A DNA stretch of 64,000 nucleotides from Paracoccaceae bacterium (GTDB lineage Bacteria > Pseudomonadota > Alphaproteobacteria > Rhodobacterales > Rhodobacteraceae), in NCBI GenBank assembly GCA_029243395.1, contig JAQWSE010000007.1, positions 5,690 through 69,689 on the forward strand, given 5' to 3'. Position numbers and translations under genes: made by a program. Shown one piece after another: positions 41,411-50,099 of the stretch. Within the stretch, counting starts at the first letter, position 1, and each line of letters opens with the position of its first letter. The notes under the pieces were generated by a model. That model was not told the DNA's origin and ran no database searches. It saw nothing but the letters and a program-made list of their open reading frames with translations.

Positions 41411-44215
41411 TCATATTTCATTAAGTATATGCCTCAGTAGTTTTAGTGGATGATCTCTCAAGGTTAGTCCAAATGTTTGTAAATCTTTATTGACTTGCTT
41501 ACCTAATAATATATCTGGGAGTTTGGTTGCTTTGCTGGATTCTTTGTGTTTGTCAATTAATGGCATTTTTTTATTAGAGTTGAGCGCATATATTTCCCAT
41601 AAAGCTTGATATCGGTTTATATTCATGCATGCAAAGCAGTCAGATTCGGCTAAAAGCACCATAGTTTTGTAGTGCACATTCATTTTACTCCAAAATGTTT
41701 TAATTGTTGGGTAATTTTTTTTCCTTTTTTTTTCAATTATTATTGCATCTTTTCTTAATAATCCTTTTATGAGGCGAAAGCCTAGGCGTAGCCCCAATTT
41801 TTGTGAGGAGTTTTTTTCTATTTTATGATTCCAGTCACTATGGTTTACTGAAATTGGATAGATCTCCACACTATGCTTTTTTGCATCTTGGATAATTTGG
41901 TAAGGTTTGTAAAAACCCATTGGTTGAGAGTTCAGCAATGCGCATGTGAAAACTTCTGGGTAATAGGATTTTATCCATGCTGAAGCATAGACTAATAAAG
42001 CAAAGCTTGCAGCATGACTTTCTGGAAATCCATATTCTCCAAATCCTTCTATTTGAGAGAAGCAACGTTCAGCAAATTCATTAGTGTACCCATTATCTAA
42101 CATTCCTGAAATGAACCTTGCTTTAAATTTTTGGATTTCTCCTTCTTTCCTAAATTTATTAAAAGCTCTTCTCAATTGATCGGCTTCTCCAGCAGAAAAG
42201 CCTGCAGCCACTATAGCAATTTTCATAGCCTGTTCCTGGAATAACGGAACACCTAGTGTTTTTTTCAAGATTGCTCCTAGTTCATTAGGTGGTAAATCGG
42301 GTTTTTCGATTCCTTGTCTTCTTCTTAAATAAGGATGTATCATGTCTCCTTGTATTGGTCCTGGCCTAACAATTGCAATTTGGATAACTAAATCATAGAA
42401 GCATCTTGGAAGTATTCTTGGAAGAAAATTCATTTGAGCACGACTTTCGACTTGAAATATACCAATGCTATCCGCCCTGCATAACATTTCATAAACCCTA
42501 GGCTTTTCTTTTGGGAGATTGGATAGAGAATATTGAATACCATAAGTATCTTTAATCAAGTTAAAAGCTTTTCGAATACAGGTTAGTATACCAAGGCCTA
42601 GAATATCAATTTTTAGTATTCCAAGTACGGCGATATCTTCCTTATCCCAACAAATCATTGTTCTATTTTTCATACTTGCAGCTTGAATAGGTACAAGTTC
42701 ATCCAATCGTTGGTCCGTTATTACAAAACCGCCTGTGTGTTGTCCTAAATGGCGAGGAAAGCCATAGATTTCGGTGGCCAAATTTAAAATTTTATTTATT
42801 TGAGGAGAGAAATTTTTTATCAGAGGTTTTTGTTGATATTTCCCTTTAATATTTTCCAGAGAATATTGATTAACGATTGAATTAATAAGATCCTTTGAAA
42901 GGCCCATTGCCTTGCTAACCTCACGAAGCGCTTGACGATTTCTATAATGAATAACGGTTGCGCAAATCCCAGCTCGATACCGACCAAACTTTTTATATAT
43001 ATACTGAATTATTTCTTCGCGCCTTTCGTGCTCAAAATCGACATCAATATCAGGAGGCTCATTTCTAACTTCAGATATAAATCTTTCAAAAACCATAGTC
43101 CCGATTTCAGGACTCACAGAGGTGATTCCTAGAGCATAACAAACTATTGAATTCGCTGCTGAGCCACGACCTTGGCATAAAATATTTTTGGATTTTGCAA
43201 ACGATACGATATCATTGACAGTTAAAAAATATGGAGCATAGTTTAATTTTTTTATCAGTTGCAGTTCATGGTTAACTTGTGTTTGAATTTTTGAAGGTAT
43301 CCCTTTGGGATAATGTGATTTCAACCCATCTAATGTAAGGTTGGCCAGTTGTCTTTGTTGTGATTGATTTGCTTTGGTTTCACGAGGGTATTTGTATTTC
43401 AATTCGCTCAAAGAAAATTTACATGCAAGGAAGATTTTTTGGTTATTTTCTAAGGCTGATTGATATTCCCAAAAAATTTTTTCTAATTCTACGGGTTTTC
43501 TTAGGTACTGTTCTCCATTCAATGTGGCTTTATTACCAAGTTCTTTTACGGCACATTTATTTCTAATCGCACTTAGTACATCGAGTAGATTCTGACGTGA
43601 TTTATCATGCATCATTGGCATACATGAGGCTACAAGTTCTAACCTTAAAGTAGATGATAACTTGGCAATATTTTGAAATCTAATATTGTCTAAGCCATCA
43701 TATTTAGGAGATAATATTATATACGAATTTAGAAGATTTTTAGATAATTTTTGAGTGTTTCTCATCCAGTTTTTTAGAATTGCATTCTCTTGAGATTCAT
43801 CCGGAGGATGTATTAAAAAAACCAAACCATTCTTTAGAGAAATTACTTTCTGTAAAGAAGGATTTTTTGTGTCTTTGGGTGTAATTTTAGTTAGTATACG
43901 ACACAAATTTTTCCAACCTTCAAGGGTTCTTACTAGAGCAGTAATGGAGAAGTTATCTTTTGTAATAATCCGCGCTCCAGCAATTAATTTAAGCGATAAA
44001 GATTGATCTTCGGGCAAGTTACTAATATAGGAGTACGCTCTTATCAAACCGGCCACTGAATTTTCATCAGTTATTGCTAAACCTTTAAGATTCAATTTTA
44101 TAGCTTTTGCTATGTATTCTTCTGGGTGACTTCCACCTTTTAAAAAACTGAAGTTTGACATAGCTCCAAGTTCTGCCAGAAACTTTTTGTTCACTATATG
44201 TTCTAATTTACTCAA
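41411..44215 (-). CDS. dnaE2: error-prone DNA polymerase DnaE2 (Pol III alpha-like), lacking the C-terminal OB-fold region
   Basis: 934 aa. PHP-domain start ELGAMSNFSFLKGGSHPEE and palm aspartates in PPDIDVDFEHERREE and KIDILGLGIL. It ends at GLTLRDHPLKLLRHILNEI, where homologues continue into an OB-fold. It is in a cassette with imuB. Confidence 0.85.
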   Translation of the reverse strand: MSKLEHIVNKKFLAELGAMSNFSFLKGGSHPEEYIAKAIKLNLKGLAITDENSVAGLIRAYSYISNLPEDQSLSLKLIAGARIITKDNFSITALVRTLEGWKNLCRILTKITPKDTKNPSLQKVISLKNGLVFLIHPPDESQENAILKNWMRNTQKLSKNLLNSYIILSPKYDGLDNIRFQNIAKLSSTLRLELVASCMPMMHDKSRQNLLDVLSAIRNKCAVKELGNKATLNGEQYLRKPVELEKIFWEYQSALENNQKIFLACKFSLSELKYKYPRETKANQSQQRQLANLTLDGLKSHYPKGIPSKIQTQVNHELQLIKKLNYAPYFLTVNDIVSFAKSKNILCQGRGSAANSIVCYALGITSVSPEIGTMVFERFISEVRNEPPDIDVDFEHERREEIIQYIYKKFGRYRAGICATVIHYRNRQALREVSKAMGLSKDLINSIVNQYSLENIKGKYQQKPLIKNFSPQINKILNLATEIYGFPRHLGQHTGGFVITDQRLDELVPIQAASMKNRTMICWDKEDIAVLGILKIDILGLGILTCIRKAFNLIKDTYGIQYSLSNLPKEKPRVYEMLCRADSIGIFQVESRAQMNFLPRILPRCFYDLVIQIAIVRPGPIQGDMIHPYLRRRQGIEKPDLPPNELGAILKKTLGVPLFQEQAMKIAIVAAGFSAGEADQLRRAFNKFRKEGEIQKFKARFISGMLDNGYTNEFAERCFSQIEGFGEYGFPESHAASFALLVYASAWIKSYYPEVFTCALLNSQPMGFYKPYQIIQDAKKHSVEIYPISVNHSDWNHKIEKNSSQKLGLRLGFRLIKGLLRKDAIIIEKKRKKNYPTIKTFWSKMNVHYKTMVLLAESDCFACMNINRYQALWEIYALNSNKKMPLIDKHKESSKATKLPDILLGKQVNKDLQTFGLTLRDHPLKLLRHILNEI

Positions 44216-44247
44216 TGTATAATCTGTGGTTCCGTATGAAATGAAAA

Positions 44248-45165
44248 TTATTTTTGAAGGGGTTTTAACCTGAAAATCATATAGTGATTATATTGGAGGA
44301 ATAAATCTTTGGAGCGTGTTTTCTCAAACAGCCTATTTTCTAGGCGTAGTCTTTTTCGCTTACTAAGCAATAGTTTATAAAGTATATTTAGAAATCTCAA
44401 ACCTATGGGTCGGGTAATTTTTAAACTACGAATTATTCTATTTATAGAAAAACCAATAGTATTATAAAACTGTTGCTCTAATTCAATTGATGGAGAAACA
44501 GCCTTGGTTATTTCTTCCTTATTGATAATCTCAAGTTTTTGTCTCTTGATTTCAGATTCCATACTCGCCAGGGACGGTCCTCCTCCTGGTTTGCGGAATA
44601 TACCAGTGTGCTCTTGTGCTGATCGGAAGCAGTCTACAATTAATATTTCTCCATTTTTGTTTAATAATTGTGTTGCTTTTTGCAGGGCAATTTTCACTGG
44701 GATATATTGGAAACTTTCTGCATAAAGGCATAAATCGAATTTAATATTTTCCTTCGGGGTATACTCTTCAAATGTAGTAGGTTGGATCTCAGCTTTTCCC
44801 TCAGTATTTTTTTTCGCATGCTCTGCCAATATAGAACTAGGGATTACTATTGTTACCTGATGACCTAAGTCTATTAAGTACTTGGCTATCTGGCCTGAGC
44901 CGCCACCAATATCCAATATTTTTAGTCTTTTATTTGGTTTTTGCTTGGGTAAATACTTGAATAAATGCTGTGTATAGGCTTCTTGAGCTTTCCCTAAGTT
45001 TTCTAAATTTACGTCCAATCCCTCCCAATATCCATAATGTAAATGTTCTTTACCAGTTACAAAACTAACGACTTTGAGAGCTATATCCAAGCCTACTGCT
45101 CGAGAATTTTCTTGAGATTTTTTACTCTTACGATATGCCGTCATACTAACTTTAAATCCTTTCAC
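44248..45165 (-). CDS. class I SAM-dependent methyltransferase (substrate unknown)
   Basis: 305 aa. N-terminal HLHYGYWEG, SAM motif I ILDIGGGSGQ, acidic post-I region, LNKNGEILIVD, and a C-terminal extension of about 100 aa that I do not recognise. Confidence 0.8.
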   Translation of the reverse strand: MKGFKVSMTAYRKSKKSQENSRAVGLDIALKVVSFVTGKEHLHYGYWEGLDVNLENLGKAQEAYTQHLFKYLPKQKPNKRLKILDIGGGSGQIAKYLIDLGHQVTIVIPSSILAEHAKKNTEGKAEIQPTTFEEYTPKENIKFDLCLYAESFQYIPVKIALQKATQLLNKNGEILIVDCFRSAQEHTGIFRKPGGGPSLASMESEIKRQKLEIINKEEITKAVSPSIELEQQFYNTIGFSINRIIRSLKITRPIGLRFLNILYKLLLSKRKRLRLENRLFEKTRSKDLFLQYNHYMIFRLKPLQK

Positions 45166-45199
45166 ACTATTGTATTAAATTTTTAATAGTAATATTTGA

Positions 45200-46744
45200 T
45201 TAGCTGAACTGGCCTTGTATTAACCACTTATCGCTAGGAGAGTTTATTCCAAGTTTTTTCTTTGAATTGAATAACCAAAGGTGGGATCCACAAGTTGATT
45301 TAACTTGCCAATAATCACGTTCTGAATTTTCATTATCTCTTTTAGTTAACCACCAATCTGATGAAATCCTTTCAGGACCTATTGCTTTTAAAATCTTATA
45401 TTTTTGACCACCCCAATAAAATAACTTTGGTAGTTTATAATTGTTCGATTTTGGTATTTGTTTTAACATTATTATTGGTTGGGGTTCAAAGAGTATTTTC
45501 GGTCTTGGTTTATTCTGCATTGGCCAATTGATTGTTTGTAAATTGTGCGATGGTAATTTAAAAATGTAGCTTTTTTCAGGTACATGACTTTCTCCTGGAG
45601 AAAAAATTTTCACTGAATCTTTCCCTAATCTACTTCCTAACTTCTCAATTAATTGGGAAATATCATTATCATCTATTTTCAAAGGAGTAATTTTTTTTTC
45701 TTTTAATGCATTAGAATCAAGTAGTTCTTTTTGCTTATAAAGTACGGGGTAAGTTTTTGGGGTTTCTACTTTGATATTTTGTATTTCAGGTATATTTTTT
45801 TGCTCAAGGAGCTTTTTGACAAATATAGTTACGATAGGTGTATGAGAATTAGTGGGTTTAGTTAAATTTATGTTTATTATTTTTTGAAGTTTCTTTTCAC
45901 TATTGAATATTATATTTATATTCTGGGCATTCACATGCGAGTTTTTCAATTTAATACATAAGGCCATTATCAATTTTTTGGTCAAACAGATAACTTGGTG
46001 TTTAAAACTTGGATACACAAAAAGATCTATTTTTGCTTGAAATTTTGACTTAGTTTTTACAATTGGAAGGTATTCATCTTCTTTACCAGTAGCTTTATCA
46101 AAGAGATTAGGTACTTCATTATCAAACCGCAGGTACAAATCATTTTTTGGTATTTTCTCCAGCTGGGAAATGGTTTCAATCCCAACATCAGTTAATTTTT
46201 TAACTGAACTATAACTAATGCGTAAAGATTTAATTGGTAGATTAAAAATTGAATCTTCAATCAAATCCCCAACCATATCTTTTTTCAAAAAATGTGATTT
46301 GGCCCATGCTGCCCCAACAGTATCTGCTATGCTAACCTGGGCTGTTATAAGAGAATTTTTAAAAATTTTTTTTATTTTGTCAACGTAAGAGCCTTTAAAT
46401 GTGTGGGATAGATCCAGTATTAGGGTGGAATTTTTAGCTACAGATATTCTAGGCGCAATACTTGAAAGCCAAAATATTATTTTGTTGAGATAAAGCTTTT
46501 TTTTCTCTAATGGCAAAGCTTTTTTTACAATTAAATTTGGTTCTATTGCTATAGCATCGGTTAGTTGCTTTCCTGCAATTAAGTTTGACGACTTACAATT
46601 ATAGTTTACTTTAAAAATAAATTTTTGTTGCCGGTATGTTCTTAATATACAAACTGGTTTATATCTTAAATGGGGATTTTCCATCAAAATTAAGTCAATT
46701 TCTAAATTAGAAAGCCAGATGGCGATGAAGTGTTTTTTGTTCAT
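45200..46744 (-). CDS. imuB: ImuB-like Y-family polymerase homologue (mutasome accessory protein)
   Basis: 514 aa. N-terminus IAIWLSNLEIDL and the characteristic C-terminal block GPERISSDWWL...ERDYWQV...GSHLWLF. Co-directional with dnaE2. Confidence 0.75.
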   Translation of the reverse strand: MNKKHFIAIWLSNLEIDLILMENPHLRYKPVCILRTYRQQKFIFKVNYNCKSSNLIAGKQLTDAIAIEPNLIVKKALPLEKKKLYLNKIIFWLSSIAPRISVAKNSTLILDLSHTFKGSYVDKIKKIFKNSLITAQVSIADTVGAAWAKSHFLKKDMVGDLIEDSIFNLPIKSLRISYSSVKKLTDVGIETISQLEKIPKNDLYLRFDNEVPNLFDKATGKEDEYLPIVKTKSKFQAKIDLFVYPSFKHQVICLTKKLIMALCIKLKNSHVNAQNINIIFNSEKKLQKIININLTKPTNSHTPIVTIFVKKLLEQKNIPEIQNIKVETPKTYPVLYKQKELLDSNALKEKKITPLKIDDNDISQLIEKLGSRLGKDSVKIFSPGESHVPEKSYIFKLPSHNLQTINWPMQNKPRPKILFEPQPIIMLKQIPKSNNYKLPKLFYWGGQKYKILKAIGPERISSDWWLTKRDNENSERDYWQVKSTCGSHLWLFNSKKKLGINSPSDKWLIQGQFS

Positions 46745-46749
46745 GTTTT

Positions 46750-46764
46750 GTTCTATTTAAGTTG
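46750..46764 (-). promoter_or_regulatory. candidate alphaproteobacterial LexA box (one mismatch) upstream of imuB
   Basis: The plus strand reads GTTCTATTTAAGTTG, i.e. GTTC-N7-GTTG against the reported alphaproteobacterial direct repeat GTTC-N7-GTTC. It ends 5 nt from the imuB ATG. Such near-matches are expected by chance; only the position supports it. Confidence 0.25.
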
Positions 46765-46799
46765 AGCAATTTATAATTAAAATTTTAAGAATAAAAAAA

Positions 46800-47222
46800 C
46801 TAATTCGTCTCTTTTAGCCTAATTATTATATCAACATTGGTAATTTCAGAATTAACAGGTGGTTCAGGTAAGTTTTTAATCTCCAAGAAGTTCCCGGGTG
46901 CATCGGTGAGCTTTTCTGTTTCTTCCCAATAAAAATGGGAGTGGTTATCAAGTCTAGTATCGAAATAACACCGCACGCCATCCACGATTATTTTATTGAT
47001 GAGTCCTGCGTCTGAAAAAGTATGGAGGGTGTTATACACTGTAGCTAAAGATACAGGTATTTTTTTTTTCTTTGCTGCTTCAAATAGATCTTCTGCAGTA
47101 ACGTGTTGATGGCTCCTCTTGTTTCCTATTAGAAGGTTTGCGAGCTCAACTCTTTGTTGAGTAGGTCTTAATCCAACATCATGAAGCCAATTGGTTATAA
47201 AAAAATTATCTTGGGCATTCAC
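46800..47222 (-). CDS. irr: Fur family transcriptional regulator, probably iron response regulator Irr
   Basis: 140 aa. Winged-helix region (GLRPTQQRVELANLL, SLATVYNTLHTF) and an H-x-H motif (DNHSHFYWEE). Divergent from fabA-fabB-fabI, as irr is in many Alphaproteobacteria. Confidence 0.7.
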   Translation of the reverse strand: MNAQDNFFITNWLHDVGLRPTQQRVELANLLIGNKRSHQHVTAEDLFEAAKKKKIPVSLATVYNTLHTFSDAGLINKIIVDGVRCYFDTRLDNHSHFYWEETEKLTDAPGNFLEIKNLPEPPVNSEITNVDIIIRLKETN

Positions 47223-47312
47223 GTTTATATACCTCAGGAAACCAAAATTTATTCTTAACTTATATTATTATTTTTTTCTAACATCAATATTAAATCTTAT
47301 TTTAATTTCCTA

Positions 47313-47329
47313 ATTTCTATCACAGAAAT
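47313..47329. promoter_or_regulatory. inverted repeat ATTTCT-N5-AGAAAT in the irr-fabA divergent spacer
   Basis: Perfect 6-bp arms with a 5-nt spacer (ATCAC), about 90 nt upstream of the irr ATG and about 120 nt upstream of the fabA ATG. Confidence 0.3.
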
Positions 47330-47449
47330 CTCATTGATTAGTAGATTTCAATTATCATAATAATCATGGTAACTGTTGCACCTAACTTAATAACAGTGAT
47401 AAGAGTGACTTGGTTAAAAGAAATAAGTTAATGAGAATTGGTTGTACAA

Positions 47450-47941
47450 ATGGCTATAGGCTTTGAGGATTTGCTGAAGTGTTCACGTGGAGAAATGTTT
47501 GGCATGGGTAATCCACAGTTACCGATGCCCCCAATGCTGATGTTTGACTGTATTAAAGAAATTTCGGATGACTCTGGTTTACATGGCAAAGGCCATGTGA
47601 TTGCAGAATTAAAAATTAAACCAGATTTATGGTTTTTTGAGTGCCATTTTGTAGGTGATCCGGTGATGCCAGGTTGTCTTGGTTTAGATGCCTTATGGCA
47701 ACTTACCGGTTTTAATTTGGGTTGGAGAGGCTTAAAGGGGCGTGGAAGGGCATTAGGAGTCGGAGAGGTTAAATTTAAAGGAATGGTTACTCCAAAAACA
47801 AAATTAGTAACTTATGAACTAAACTTTGTTAGAGTATTAGATAGAAGGCTTAAACTAGGTATATCTGACGGCCAAGTTTTCGCAGATGGTGAAGAAATTT
47901 ATGTCGCAAAAGGTCTAAGAGTTGGCTTATTTGAAAACTAA
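47450..47941 (+). CDS. fabA: 3-hydroxydecanoyl-ACP dehydratase / trans-2-decenoyl-ACP isomerase
   Basis: Active-site block [26 protein letters not shown]. The ATG at 47450 is preferred over the upstream TTG at 47438. Confidence 0.93.
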   Translation: MAIGFEDLLKCSRGEMFGMGNPQLPMPPMLMFDCIKEISDDSGLHGKGHVIAELKIKPDLWFFECHFVGDPVMPGCLGLDALWQLTGFNLGWRGLKGRGRALGVGEVKFKGMVTPKTKLVTYELNFVRVLDRRLKLGISDGQVFADGEEIYVAKGLRVGLFEN

Positions 47942-47998
47942 GCATTTCTCCAAAAGAGAGATCAATATTATATTTCTATTAACCAGGAGATTAAACTA

Positions 47999-49225
47999 AT
48001 GCATAGAGTAGTCATAACTGGATTGGGTATTGTCTCTTCCATAGGTAACAATGCAGATGAGGTTATTCAATCATTGAAAAAGGGGAGTTCTGGGATCACA
48101 TTTGCCGATGAGTATGAATTTTATGGTTTTAGATCACAGGTTCATGCTAAACCAAAGATAAAACTAGAGGAATCTATAGATAAGCGACAATTGCGTTTTA
48201 TGGGTGATGGAGCTGCCTATAATTACATTGCAATGGAGCAAGCCATTAAGGATAGTGGATTGACTGAGAGTGAAGTCTCTAATGAAAGAACAGGGTTAAT
48301 AATGGGTTCAGGAGGACCCTCAACTAAGAATCTTTTTGCAGCACATCAAATAGTCCTTGAAAAAAAGAGCCCAAAAAGAATGGGGCCTTTTATGGTAACA
48401 CGTGGTATGTCATCAACCAATTCTGCTTGTCTTGCCACACCCTTCAAAATAAAAGGAGTTAATTATTCAATTTCCTCTGCTTGTTCTACATCTGCGCATT
48501 GTATTGGTAATGGTTTGGAACAAATACAGTTGGGTAAACAGGATATTGTGTTTGCGGGCGGGGGTGAGGAATTAGATTGGACCTTATCTTGCCTATTTGA
48601 TGCAATGGGTGCAATGTCCAGCAAATACAATGATGAACCAGAAACTGCTGCCAGAGCTTATGACAAGGATAGAGATGGATTTGTGATTTCGGGTGGGGGA
48701 GGTGTATTGGTGCTTGAAGAATTCAATCACGCCAAAGCCAGGGGTGCAAGAATATATGCTGAGATAACTGGATATGGTGCTACTTCGGATGGTCACGACA
48801 TGGTAGCACCTTCTGGAGAGGGAGGTGAACGTTCAATGCGATTAGCACTATCAACTGTAAGTGATCGTAAGATTTCTTACATAAATAGTCATGGGACTTC
48901 GACCCCAGCTGGAGATGTCGTCGAAGTTGAAGCAATAAGAAAAATATGTGGAAGCGCAAAAATACCACCGGTTTCATCTACTAAGTCACTTACGGGCCAT
49001 AGCCTTGGCGCAGCAGGAGTTCATGAAGCCATTTACTCCATACTTATGATGAAAGATGGTTTCATTGCTGCTAGTGCAAATGTGTTCAATTTGGATGAAT
49101 CATTGCATTCAGAAGAGATAGTTACTCGGCGTCAGGATGAGGTTAGCTTTGATACAGTTTTGTCAAATAGTTTTGGGTTTGGAGGAACGAATGCTACTTT
49201 GGCTCTAAGCAAGCTGATTGATTAA
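47999..49225 (+). CDS. fabB: beta-ketoacyl-ACP synthase I
   Basis: 408 aa. Active Cys in [12 protein letters not shown], His motifs HGTSTP and GHSLGAAG. It follows fabA. Confidence 0.9.
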   Translation: MHRVVITGLGIVSSIGNNADEVIQSLKKGSSGITFADEYEFYGFRSQVHAKPKIKLEESIDKRQLRFMGDGAAYNYIAMEQAIKDSGLTESEVSNERTGLIMGSGGPSTKNLFAAHQIVLEKKSPKRMGPFMVTRGMSSTNSACLATPFKIKGVNYSISSACSTSAHCIGNGLEQIQLGKQDIVFAGGGEELDWTLSCLFDAMGAMSSKYNDEPETAARAYDKDRDGFVISGGGGVLVLEEFNHAKARGARIYAEITGYGATSDGHDMVAPSGEGGERSMRLALSTVSDRKISYINSHGTSTPAGDVVEVEAIRKICGSAKIPPVSSTKSLTGHSLGAAGVHEAIYSILMMKDGFIAASANVFNLDESLHSEEIVTRRQDEVSFDTVLSNSFGFGGTNATLALSKLID

Positions 49226-49229
49226 TCAA

Positions 49230-50018
49230 ATGGCTATTACAATGCAAAATAAGTGTGGGTTAGTTCTAGGAGTGGCTAATGAAAGATCTATTGCTTGGGG
49301 GATAGCAAAAGTTTTGGCAGAAGCTGGAGCAGAGGTTGCATTATCTTATCAAAACGAAAATCTGCTCAAGAGAGTTGGCCCACTGGCAGAAACCATTGGT
49401 TCAAGAATCTGTATGCTTGCTGATGTGCAAGATGCAAAGAGCCTAGACGAGCTCTATAAGAAAATTGCTGAAGAGTGGGGAAAATTGGATTTTTTGGTGC
49501 ATGCACTTGCTTATGCAGACAAAGAAGAATTAACGGGAAGATTTGTCAATTCAACCCGGAATAACTTTTTGAAATCGATGGATATTTCCTGTTATAGCTT
49601 TGTAGATTTGGCTAAGAGATCTATGCCGTTGATGATTGAAGGAGGATCTCTTCTTACTGTAACATATATGGGAGGAAAAAGGGTTACTCCTAACTACAAT
49701 GTTATGGGCCCTGCCAAAGCTGCCCTTGAATCTTCTGTAAGGTACCTTGCAAATGACTTGGGCCCTGAGGGCATTAGAGTCAATGCAATAAGCCCAGGGC
49801 CTATGAAAACCTTGGCAGGTGCTGCTATAGGTGGAGCAAGGCAAGTATTTAGAAATACTGAAAAAAATGCACCTTTGAGGACAAATGCTGATCTGGATGC
49901 TGTGGGAAATGCAGCATTATTTTTGCTTAGTGATAAAAGTTCATCGACTACTGGGGAAATAATTTATGTAGACGGAGGTTATCACGTAATGGGATTGCCT
50001 CAGTTAGATAACTTATAA
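49230..50018 (+). CDS. fabI: enoyl-ACP reductase (NADH)
   Basis: Contains GVANERSIAWGIA and the catalytic Y/K region MGPAKAALE. The ATG at 49230 lies 4 nt after the fabB stop; the track ORF starts at the TTG at 49218. Confidence 0.92.
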   Translation: MAITMQNKCGLVLGVANERSIAWGIAKVLAEAGAEVALSYQNENLLKRVGPLAETIGSRICMLADVQDAKSLDELYKKIAEEWGKLDFLVHALAYADKEELTGRFVNSTRNNFLKSMDISCYSFVDLAKRSMPLMIEGGSLLTVTYMGGKRVTPNYNVMGPAKAALESSVRYLANDLGPEGIRVNAISPGPMKTLAGAAIGGARQVFRNTEKNAPLRTNADLDAVGNAALFLLSDKSSSTTGEIIYVDGGYHVMGLPQLDNL

Positions 50019-50099
50019 GTATTGCCGGACTGTTTATGTATTTTATGTTTATTGTAGTTAAGTACAAATTTATCTTGATTTTGGATAGAGGCAAATAAG

